From positions 1-50,012 of the forward strand of contig JAHBMJ010000349.1 in the NCBI GenBank assembly GCA_018398765.1: 50,012 nucleotides of DNA, given 5' to 3'. The notes below the pieces were generated by a model, which made no database searches, was not told the DNA's origin, and was given only the letters and a program-made list of their open reading frames with translations. Positions 1 through 11,200 of this stretch are shown here, piece by piece (position 1 is the first letter of the stretch; every line of letters starts with the position of its first letter). A program made the translations under genes and the position numbers. This DNA comes from Chromera velia (taxonomy: Eukaryota).

Positions 1-819
1 CAAGTCTCTGAACTAAGCTAGAACTAGCTTAGGAGGTGGGGAACCAAGCTTCCCTACGCATGGTCTCCCTTGCTGGACATACTGGCATGAGGTGCACCTT
101 CTCCCCAACCTATGGCATGCACAGCATTCGCTTGCCCTCACCTCTTGCGAGTTCCAGGGTGGGGGGGTGGGTGTTTTGGTGCCATGTCTGGCTGCTATGT
201 CTTCATCTTCGCTATCCAAATGCTCATAAACCAAATCAATATTAAATTTTAATTTTTTAAAAAATAATAAACTAATCAAAATTCTTCTACCGTCTGGATG
301 CATACAAAAAAGAAAAAATGATAGCTGCAGCGTGGTTGAGTTCAAAGTTTTGTCAGATGTAAAACCCATCTCTCCTAATCGAAGTCCCTCAGCAACTTAG
401 AAACAAAAATGTTTTTATGTATTTGGGCTATTTGATCATGTATGCTAGGACAAATAAAGCAATTGCCGGCCGATATCTGGCGGACGTGATATATCAAGAA
501 CATACATGATCTGACGTCAGAACTCCCCAAGGATTCAAGATTGAAATTGTCACAAGTCTCAGTTATACTTAGTGACATGGCCTGGAAAACCTCCCTGAAC
601 TTAAGTGCTACTTGAAAAAATGTAATCAAGATGATCTTTATTTGCGGCATCGTTTTTTAAGAGACCGTCCACGCCTGTGGCGTAGATAGTTAAGACACCA
701 TCCAGATATGCGGCTTAGGCTTTTAAGATACCGTAAATAATCCATGCCTGCAGCACGGACTTTCAAGCTTATCTAAAAATGTAGCTTGAATTTTTAAGTA
801 GTAGTTAGGTTTAGGGAAG

Positions 820-1201
820 TCGCCTGGAAAGTGAAGCTCTGGAGGGCACTTAAAAACATTTGTACTGCATGGGACCGCGTGACAATGCATGTATGCATGA
901 TTTCTGAGTAAAATTGGACAAAAAAGTAAGGGTGCAGGGGCTTAAACCTGGGACGTCGCCGCGTGCTTCCAATAGCCCAAACTTTTGCTTTCCAGGCTAT
1001 TCGCATGTTTTGCATGCGTCATATGGCCCGGAAAGTGAAGCTCTGGAGGGCATTTAAAAACAATTGCACTGGGACCGCGTGACGATGCATGTATGCATGC
1101 ATGATTTCCGAGGAAATTTTGACGAAAAAGTGAGGGTGCTGGAGCTCGAACCAATGACGTCGACTACCTTAAAATTACCTAAAATTCGCTTTCCGGGCCA
1201 T
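820..1201. mobile_element. Two tandem ~180-200 bp MITE-like units with terminal inverted repeats
   Basis: 820-999 and 1023-1201 are similar direct copies (GGAAAGTGAAGCTCTGGAGGGCA...GGGACCGCGTGAC.ATGCATGTATGCATG). The second is bounded by ATGGCCCGGAAAGTGA (1023-1038) and TCGCTTTCCGGGCCAT (1186-1201). Confidence 0.5.
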
Positions 1202-1254
1202 TCGTATGCTTCGCGTGCGTCAGATAAGAGCCTATCCCTGCAATCCTCTCCATG

Positions 1255-1420
1255 CAGTCGCCCGCCGGGGCCGACGGGCCGGCCATGCATGGCCCTCGCG
1301 CACAAAAAGTGCATGGGCCGCGCGGGCCGGACCCCGCCGCGGGCCATGCATACGACAGGGTCAGCTATGGTCGAAGCTAGCCGCTGCATGCGATGCGCTG
1401 CGAAGGCAGTCCATGATGCT
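1255..1420 (+). promoter_or_regulatory. GC-rich, TGCATG-rich putative promoter of the MFS gene
   Basis: GC-rich tract with the palindrome GGCCATGCATGGCC (1281-1294) and several GCATG motifs, 250-400 bp upstream of ATG 1667. Confidence 0.35.
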
Positions 1421-1666
1421 GGACAGGGCAGTATCAAGGCAACTCTTCGCTGTAATTCCAGATTCCTGCATGTAAGTCCCTTTCATGCGCCTCATGTTAG
1501 AGTGTGTTTCTGTATGTGCACCTGAAATTGTGTCATGCATTGAGGCGCACGCACCACTGGGGAATCTCACTCTGAATGATCCGTCTCAGCCGCAAACTCG
1601 GTATTTGAGTGTTTGTGTTTGGAGAGCCTCGCTGTCGGGGCATTCTGTTTTATCCCGACTCACAGG

Positions 1667-2789
1667 ATGCAGAGCGCAGCGGTTGAAGGGCATGGCCAAC
1701 AGAGTGCCGGCCCAACCTTTCCCCCACACGCAGGAGAGGGAACGTCAACAGACCCTGCCAGTGGGGCGTCTCCTCCGAGACCCTCCCTCCCGGTGGGCGT
1801 GATGATCCTTCTTGGCATACAGCAATTCGCTGCCAACATGCTGGTGTCCTTCCCTGGGGTGTTTCTGCCCAAAGAAATAGAACAGATGGGATTCCAGAGT
1901 GGAGTCACGGGCCTTCTGGTGAGTTGGGTGCGTGGGAGATTCTGGTTGTGTTAACACATACACATCCTCTTGCTTGCATGCAGTGCCAGACGACGCTTTC
2001 GTGTGTGACCGCGTGTCTACGTGCAGTTTGCGTGCTTCCCTGTGGCGGTCTTCGTGAGCAGCCCCGCGTGGGCCTTCCTGTCCCGGAAAATCGGGAAGCT
2101 CCCGATAGTCTACGTGGCCATTGTTCTCGAAGGTCAGTCAAATTTCATTATTACCAGTTACACGGACCCAGCGTCGCCTGAAAGGGTGCCACTGACCATC
2201 CAACAAGCCATCTGCTTCCTTTGAAGTCCATTTCTTGACTTTATGTACCGTCTACCACCGTCTACTGCCCTCAATCGAGCTCGTTCTTTTTTCCTCCCGA
2301 GAGGCCGCTTAGCACTCCGTCCCTTCAATTTGCGGGCGTCGAGGCGAAAGGGTGCACGGGCGACTGAGAGAATAAAGGTCCCCGCCTGTTCTTCATGTGC
2401 TATTCACCACTGTGGTGCCACTGCATATGCATGTGTGCCTGCGTGTATGTATGCAGGGCTCTGCGGCGTCCTCTTTGGACTGGCCTATGTGATGACAGAG
2501 GAGGTCCACCACAGACTGGCCATCATGTTCCTCACACGCACCTGTCAGGGTCAGCAAGTGAGCTAGGAGAGAGGGAATGAAGGATCTGTCTGACGGTGCA
2601 TGCCAGCTGCTTTTTTACTGTGAGCTTGTGGTCTACTGACTGTCGTCGATGTTTCTTTGCCGTGTTCTTCACAGTGAGGAACGAGATCGGTTTTTCCTAC
2701 GAAGAAAGAGAAGTCTTCTGCCAATATCTATGCCCTTGCATGCATGCGCTCTCACACCCAAAAACTCCCTCATACGGTCCGAGGACCAG

Positions 2790-2830
<41 letters not shown>

Positions 2831-3895
2831 ACACACGCCTGTCCCGTCTCTCGTCTCTCGGCATGCCCTTCTGTACGTCTGTATGTCTGTATGCATTCAT
2901 TTGAATTGGCTCTCTGAATCTTCACATGCATACAGGAATTGCGGCCAGTGCTGCGGGCACGTTGGTGCTCGCCATCGCCATGGAGAAGGCCCGTGACAGG
3001 GAGGCGATGGTGTCTGGAGTTTCCATGACGTTCATGTCTCTGGGGTTCGTGCTGGGGCCTATTGTGGGGGGGGCCCTGTACGCTGCGGGCGGGTTTGCGC
3101 TCCCTTTCGTTTCTGTGGGTGCTGCGGTGATGAGCGTAGTGCTTCTGTTGCCCTGCACTGTCGGGTGGCCGTGTGGAAACAGGGCGGCCAGGGCAGCTCC
3201 TGGGGGAGTGGGAGTGAGAGAGCCCCTGCATGCGGGGGCAGGGGGGGAGGGAGAAGGCGGGGTGAGGAGCTCCGAGGGGGGGGGAGAAGAAGAAGAAGTG
3301 ACGCTGGGCCTCAGGGACTTCCTGAAGCCTGTGGTTATTTTCATTGGCATGGGGATGAGCTTGGGGTCTACCTCCATTGGGTTTTTGGAACCGACGTACG
3401 TGAGTTTGTGCGAGGGGTAGGTGAGACGCTCACACTGTAGAGCTAGATGTGTAGGCCCTGCGGCAGGTGTTATGGCCATGAGAAATTGATGACGGCTCGA
3501 AATGGAGAGAAAGAGAGGAGTCGTTGGGGAGTAATTTAGAAAGTGAGACAGAGAAGCACTGAGCAGGTGGAGTCTTGTACTACAAAGCGTCACGGAAGTA
3601 AACGAGGATATGAGAGAGGAGATGCCTCGTTTTGGGCTGCTGATCTTCCTTTTCTTTCTCACTCTTTCTGTCTTCCCTCCTCCCCCCCCCTCTTTCTCTC
3701 TGCGTGTCTTTCTTTTTTTTAAACTTTGACCTTTTGTATTCCATGACAGCGCTACGTTTCCTCCTCCTCCTCGCAATCAAACACAGGCATCTTTACGCTT
3801 GCCTGCATCCATGTATTGAGTCTGATGGATTCATGCACCCCTGCAGGTACGCACAGCTGTTGGAGTCCTCCCTCCTCGTTAAAGACCCTCGCTTG

Positions 3896-3931
<36 letters not shown>

Positions 3932-6471
3932 ATCTATCTATTTTTTTTTGTCTGCGTGTGTGAGGGTTTGTGGACCATTAAGTCGATCCATCAGTGCCAT
4001 GTTCTGAATATCTTTTGCACATTTCTTTGTTCTTCATTCTTTCCTTAGCCATCAACGTGTGGCCTCCTCCCGAATGCTTCTCGTTTGTTTAAATGGCTTC
4101 TTTTGAGCAAACGGTCCATTTGACTTTTTGTGTCATTTTTCCGTCGTGTGCTTCGATGATTTCATTCCAGTTGCTTTGCTTTCATCCATCCATCTACTTG
4201 CACTTCTCTTGTCTGTCTCTCTCTTGTGGCTTCCTTCTTTTCCCCCTCGTTTCGATCCGATAGCTCTCCTCTTGAATGTGCAAACGTACACGCGCACACA
4301 CACGTGTGTATATACGAATGTGTTGTTTGTATTTGATCATGCAGGTGGCGCTTCTGTTCTCCCTTCCTGCGATCTTTGTGGTCCTCTCCGCCTCTCCCGT
4401 GGGCATGCTGGCAGACTCGGGGGTCGCAAACAAAGTAGCAATGATGGTTTGTCTGTCTGCGTGTCTGTCTGTCTGTTCGCATAGCGGTCTATCTGCCTGT
4501 CTGTCTGCCAGGTTGCAAAGGCGTGGTCTCGAGAGTCGACACAAGCCGTGAAGAAACGTTTTCTCATGAGAGTGTAGAGCATGCTTTGTTTTTTATACTC
4601 GCATGCAGGCAGAAGGCAGCAGTGCTTTTTTTCCCCGTCTCATTGTCTCTATGTGTACGTGTGTGTGTATTCACGTGGGTGCGTGCAGGTGAGAGGCAAC
4701 AGTGCTTTTTTCCCCGTCTCATTGCCTCTATGTGTACGTGTGTGTACTCACGTGGGTGCGTGCAGGTGGGAGGCAACAGTGCTTTTTTCCCCGTCCCATT
4801 GCCTCTATGTGTACGTGTGTGTGTATTCACGTGGGTACGTGCAGGTGGGAGGCAACAGTGCTTTTTTCCCCGTCCCATTGTCTCTATGTGTACGTGTGTG
4901 TGTATTCACGTGGGTGCGTGCAGGTGAGAGGCAACAGTGCTTTTTTCCCCGTCCCATTGCCTCTATGTGTACGTGTGTGTACTCACGTGGGTGCGTGCAG
5001 GTGGGAGGCAACAGTGCTTTTTTCCCCGTCCCATTGCCTCTATGTGTACGTGTGTGTGTATTCACGTGGGTACGTGCAGGTGGGAGGCAACAGTGCTTTT
5101 TTCCCCGTCCCATTGTCTCTATGTGTACGTGTGTGTGTATTCACGTGGGTGCGTGCAGGTGAGAGGCAACAGTGCTTTTTTCCCCGTCCCATTGCCTCTA
5201 TGTGTACGTGTGTGTATTCACGTGGGTGCGTGCAGGTGGGAGGCAACAGTGCTTTTTTCCCCGTCCCATTGCCTCTATGTGTACGTGTGTGTGTATTCAC
5301 GTGGGTGCGTGCAGGTGGGAGGCAACAGTGCTGTTTTCCCCGTCCCATTGTCTCTATGTGTACGTGTGTGTGTATTCACGTGGGTGCGTGCAGGTGGGAG
5401 GCAACAGTGGTTATTTCCTGGTGTTTGCCTCCATCGGTCCCTTCGAGCCTCTTGCAGAGCTCCTGCATCTCTCCCCTGGGGACACGGGCAGCTTCGTGCT
5501 GGTGTGCCTGGGCATGGCCCTGTTCGGGGTAACGTATAACTTTGCGGTGGTGCCTGCAGCTGCCCAGTTGATTCGGCTTGTTGAGGAGGGACTCGAGGAG
5601 AGGGAGCGGGAGAGGGGGGGGGAGAGGTCAAGTGTGGAGGGAGAGGGGGTGAAGGAAGGAAATAGAGCGAGTGGGGCTGAAAAAGGGGAGGTCAGTCTGT
5701 GGAGTGGGCTGGGGAGAGAAGCACGCAGTGGTCTCTGGAAGGAAGGACGTGGTGCCTTACTTAAGCTGGCCTTTCGTCTTTTTTTCTGTCTGTTCGTTTA
5801 GAAAGAAGGAGAAGAGAAGGTAGAGACATCAAGGCTCTCTGTCCGACAGCTAGACCTTTTGTTTGTTTGTCCGTCAGTCTTTCTGTGACTGCATGCCTTC
5901 TCTTCTTTCATTTCGGTCGACGAAAAAAGTCAGTAGTCCTTCCACACTTCTTCCCTTGACTACTCATTGAATTGCTCTGCATGGCCCGTACTGCATGCAG
6001 GAAGAGAGGGAGACGGAAGCGTTTACGTTGAACAGTCAGAGAGTCACAGGAGATTCGAGTAGGTCCCTTGGGGAGGAGGAGGGGTCACAGGAGACCGGAC
6101 AGACTCCCTTGGAAACGGGAGAGGCAGCAGAGGGAGGAGGCTCCCCGTCTCGTGGCAGTGCGCTTGGAGGAACTGCAACTCACGAGGCTGTGGTGTCGGG
6201 GGTGATGAGCATGCAGACTGGGTTCTTCGCCGTTGGTGAGGCCCTTGGCCCCCTGTTGGGAGGATACGCTGCTGAGGTGGTCAGCGTGCCGACTGGGTAC
6301 TTCTTTTTCGGCTCTCTGCTGCTCCTCTACGCAGTCTCGCTGGCTGTTGTTTGGGTTTGCTACGCAAATAGAAAGACGACGCGCGAAGAAAGGCCTGCCA
6401 GTGCGAGTGACGGTCGCCGGTGGGATGTGAGACAGTTGACAGGGGTGATCGAGCCAGGCCTTCAAGTCTGA
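1667..6471 (+). CDS. Major facilitator superfamily transporter, 8 exons, ~609 aa (possibly SLC18B1/DHA1-like)
   Basis: Phase-consistent GT-AG exons: 1667-1918, 2027-2132, 2457-2549, 2936-3395, 3847-3895, 4345-4446, 5394-5690, 6001-6471. Many hydrophobic helices and MFS-type motifs (RTCQGIAAS, LGFVLGPIVGGALYAAGGFALPF, GEALGPLLGGY). Confidence 0.88.
4609..5409 (+). repeat. Intronic minisatellite of 77/79/79-bp units (235-bp higher-order repeat)
   Basis: Units start at 4689, 4766, 4845, 4924, 5001, 5080, 5159, 5236 and 5315, with a degenerate unit at 4609. The final partial unit at 5394 is the start of exon 7. Confidence 0.95.
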
Positions 6472-8214
6472 TAGATCAGAAAAGCTCTGATGGGGAAGGA
6501 AGTTCAAAAACATAGGTTTGCTTGCAGTGCAGTTAATTCAATGAACTCAAAACCAAGCTGTTGTCTTAGTGGTTTCGTCCTGAATGTGTCGACATGATAG
6601 AATTCTTCACCGTCTCATGCACTCAGCTCTAGGTTGATCGATGTCTTAAAGATGTTAAATTTTGGACTTTTGTTTTTTCTTTTGTCATGTCCCCACTTTT
6701 TTGAAAAACTGTTTTCATTCTTCGAGCTTTTTCATCAATTTCAGGTTCATAGCATTTCATATCATACTTTCATTTTATGTTTTGGGTTTACTTATGAAGT
6801 GATTTAAATTAATTGATTTAATTTAGATAAACACATAATGTTTGATTTAGTGTTTGATTCACAGTTTGAACGACTATGACAATGACTCGGATTATGACGC
6901 GCCATCGTCATCCATATCCAAAACTAGCTGGATATTTCTATGAACGTTAGGCAGGGAAAACAGTTCAAGTTTGAACGATTTAAGTAAATTAAATATCTAC
7001 TTAAACATATTCAAATAAAAACTAAGCAAGGGAAAATAAATTAACTAACAAAATTAACTATAAAATTAAGTGCATTAAAAAATCCCCTATTTCTGATTAT
7101 GTTCATTTTGTCTCTAAAATTTCAAATTATGATTAAATTATTTAAAATAAACACGGTCTTTTCGGACCTTTCTAAGCGTTGCAAACATTCATGAAAGCCT
7201 ACCCGGTGGATGTTCTTAAAATAAACATATGGACGTTCTTTTGTACCGTCAATTTCTAAGTATATTTTATCATAAAACATTATGTTGCTAGTTATATTGG
7301 TTCAGACATCCTAGAAGTTTAGAACCAACACCTTTGTTTCTACTTGTTTCTTCACCGCCCTCTTATTCTTTGTCTCCACATACACCGAGCCTATCCTCGA
7401 GCTGAGGGTTTTCTGCATGGAGGTCTTTTTTATGTGAGTTTTTGCCTCGTGAAATTATGGAAAACCCAAGTGTCTCCAAACCTTCTACATATAGAGGTAC
7501 GGGCGCACAGAGGTTGCGGTTTGGCACTGAATGACCAGAAGAAATGAGGAGCTAGATGGGAAAGCTGTGCACGCAAGCTTGCGCGTCACCCGATTAATCA
7601 CAGACCTGGAATTCAGAATTGAGACGCCCATGCATCGTGACTCAATCCGGGTCCTTACGTTCCGGGTTGAAGTCTCGTTTTTCTTTTCGTTTGCAAAAAT
7701 GACTGCATGGCTATTTGGGATTGGCTTCCACCAGCGACACCTCATGCAGAGAAACGATGAAGGTGGACAAATGCGCACTCCAATTAGAGGCGGAGGAAGA
7801 AGAGAGAAAGATCAAGGGAAAGGGAGAGAAAGACCAAAATGTCCAAAAAGAAGGGAGACACAGGAGAAAGAACAAAACACGAAGAGAAGTTGAGAGCGGG
7901 ATCGAGGGGCAAAATAAGAAAAGAGGAAAAGGAAGGAGCGAAAAGAGACAGCTTCAACAGCCGTCAAAACTTCCGCCCCTCGTTGAGAGCCGCAGCCATG
8001 CAGTCAGTCAGTCAGCCATTGCGCATACTTCGCCAGTTCAGTCACTAAACCTTTCTTTTTCTTGCCAACGGCTGAATTCGTGTATTCACTCTCGTCTTTT
8101 CCTCATTCCCCTTTCGATCGGGATCTCGAGAAGTCATTGATTAAAGTAATTCGGGTGGGTATGTGCATGCAGGTGCCTGCTCATGCATACATGCATTCAT
8201 CCTCGATCGATCGA

Positions 8215-11200
8215 TCATATGGGAACCTTGCACACTCCACCCTGAGGAGACCAGGCAGAGAGACGCACAAGCCCGACCTTCCCCTCTGTCTGTCCTCCTG
8301 TCTGCACTGTCAACCCAGACTGCAGAGGGACCGCCAGACCGCTCTCGAGGGCTGTCTCCTCGGACTGCCCTCCTCCGTGAATGCTCACAGAAACAGCTCC
8401 CCCTCCCCTGCCGCTCCCCTTTTCCTTATCGACAACGAGCAACTTCCACGCAGCGAGTGCACAGAGATTGCAGAGGGCAAGCGTCATGAGGATCGTGCGG
8501 AACCCCAACCCCATTGCAGGGGACGAGGCATCCCTTTGTTTTGGTACCGTTCCCAGACAGACCCCTTCACGGGAGGGTCTTCGTTGAACCCCTCAGAAGC
8601 TAGATGGTAGGACCGGGTGAGGGCGTTGGGGGGCGAGAGGACAAGGAAGGTCACATAGAGGAACAGACAGATGCAGGCCACAAACACAGGGGTCGACTTG
8701 TACACAGGCTGACGGAACACGAACCCGAACGAGAGCACCAGACCTGCATTCAAACGCGCATGCATGTATTACATCCATGCAAACAGTGGGTTGGTGCAGA
8801 TATTCTTCATAGCCGTGAAATGTTGAGGATGTCGAAAGACAATTCCAAAAAAATTAAGAATCTCTGATCCAGCGGTAGAGCGCAGCTATGGAAAACAGGA
8901 TAAGAAACAAAAACTAAAAAGAGATGTTGGAGCACGTCCATGTCTTCAACGTCCCTCCCACACTCCCATGCACAGCCAAACAGGCGGACCAGTAGAGATG
9001 ACCCCAGAGACGGCCACAGCGAAGACCACGGTTTGTTCCCAACTGTCTGCTTGGAGATACCACTCGTGCGCTGCTGTCAGTTGTGCAGGGAAAGGCACGT
9101 AGTTGGGATGCATGGTCATGATCACAAGGCCAAGGACGAGGGTGACGATGTGTGCAAGGAAGAAACCCCCGACTGTGAGGAGAGAAGGGCGGGAGAGCAG
9201 AGAGTCTGTTGGGCTCATCCTGTGCATCGCCTTCACCTCCTCCCTTTCTCTTTGGGGTCTCTCTGCTGCACCCCCCCCTGCGTCCTCCTTGGTGGGCTCC
9301 ACGAGAGACATGAGGAAGGTGAGAGCCAGAAGGCCTCCGAGGTCTGCAACACTCAGACGGATAGACAGATAAATGTTAAGTCATGGAAGTGTTTGAGGGT
9401 GAAAATGCTTCACCGACACTGCAAGAAAGAAACTTGAGAAGGAAATGCAAGTCTGTTGAAGGAAGGAAAAGAGTCACCGTGTGTTTGTCTGTCTCCGTGC
9501 AGCCACCTGCCTTCGTCATGAAGAAAGAAACGGGGGAAGAAAGGAAGGAAGGAACGACCGGAGACAAAAAAACTTGCTATCGCGCATTCTCATGCAGCAG
9601 TTTCACACAGGCGTATGTACCTGCAGTGAGGTAAGTCGCAGGGCAGGGCTGGATGCCGAAAGAGAAGGCCGTGATCTTGATCAGGGAGAACACCAGACCG
9701 AAGAGGAGGGCGAAGAAAAAGCATGCGAAGGAGGTGTGGAGGGCCCCCCGCCCCTCCCTCAGGGCTTCCACCACGCTCTTCACACTGCACACACAAACGC
9801 GCTTGCACCCGTACATGAGAATCAAGACGCTGCCATGATCAAAAAAGACGTAGACAGACATGCAGATACGAAGACGAAAATTCGGGAAAACGTAGAAACG
9901 CCAAAACATCGACAGACAGAGAGACATATACAGATGACTGCATACAACAATTGCCGACAGCGGAGTGGTCTCTCGAATCATAAAGAAGAACAGGCATGGC
10001 AATCAAGTAGCGCAAATAAGGATGGATACATGCAGCGAAGCCCAATTGAAGAACTGCGTCCCCCTGCAACCAACCTTTTGTCTTTTGCTGTGAAAGGGGA
10101 GACGATGGACGCGTCTGCTTCCGAGAAGGCCACGCCCACATGAGCTGCCCTCAGCGCTCCGCAGTCATTCCCCCCATCTCCAACCATCACCGTAATGTTC
10201 CCTCTTTTCTTGAACTCCTCCACCACCTCCACCTTCCCCCCAGGAGTCATTCGGGCAAACAGACGGATGAAGAACAGCAAGGGTGCAGAGCCGTCAGACT
10301 CCACCTCCTCCCCACTCTCTGCTGACGCACGCACACTCACACGAACGTTATGCCCACCCGATCCCAGCAGACTGTCCCAGGCAGCTCCCGTAACTGCCAA
10401 TTGCACACTCCCATCCCACAGCCCCCCCATTCCCGCTACTTCCTTCGTACTGTACCAGTGCCCCGCCCCCTTAACATCACTCCACAGAACAACTCTATCG
10501 TCATGAGCGTCCAGATCCGACAAGGATCTCGCGATCGATTTGCGTCTCTCTGACCCTATGTAGCTGTTCGCACCCTCACTCGCCCCTTCCCGCCCTGCTT
10601 CTGACTCCGCGAACGACCCCAGAAGCAACGACCCTCTCTTTTGCCGCTGTCTGCTCTTCGCCCCGTTCTTCTCCTCCTTCACTGTCTTTTGTGACGCACG
10701 CAGCTCCCGTGCATCTGAGAGCGGGAAGGTCTCCCCCAACAAAAGCTGCGCGTCATCCCTCCCGAGCACCCCAGACATACGGGCAATGTACTGTCCACAC
10801 TGGGCGTTGTCCCCTGTGATCAGGACAGGACGAATGCCGCCTGTCCGAAGTTCGAGAATTGCGTCGTGACTGCAGGGCTTGAGTTCATTTCGGAAAAGGA
10901 GCAGACCCATGAAGCACAGGTCACTCTCAATTTCTTCCCGAGAGAGACCCAGGAGGTCTGAGGGGCCCTTCAGGGTGCCTGGGAGAATTTCCTTCGCTCC
11001 CAGTGCAATGACGTAGCATCCATCAAGAGCGTACCCTCTCGCCTCCTGTTCTATCTCCCCCCCACTCTGCAGACTCGTCGGCACACCTCCCCCCTTTGTC
11101 AACCCTCCTGATGCAGGCACAACACCCCCCGTGTCTGCCACTGTGCTCACGCACCTAGTGCTGAGGGCCTCAAAGGACCCCTTACAGAACACTAGAGTCC

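Noticed and set aside
13..650. Minus-strand ORFs with a Cys-rich end (CCACHRLGRRCTSC)
   Set aside because: Short, interrupted by stops, at the window edge, and no recognisable family; may be decayed coding DNA.
4523..5539. Long overlapping ORFs across the 79-bp repeat
   Set aside because: By-products of a stop-poor repeat; only 5394-5690 fits the MFS protein.
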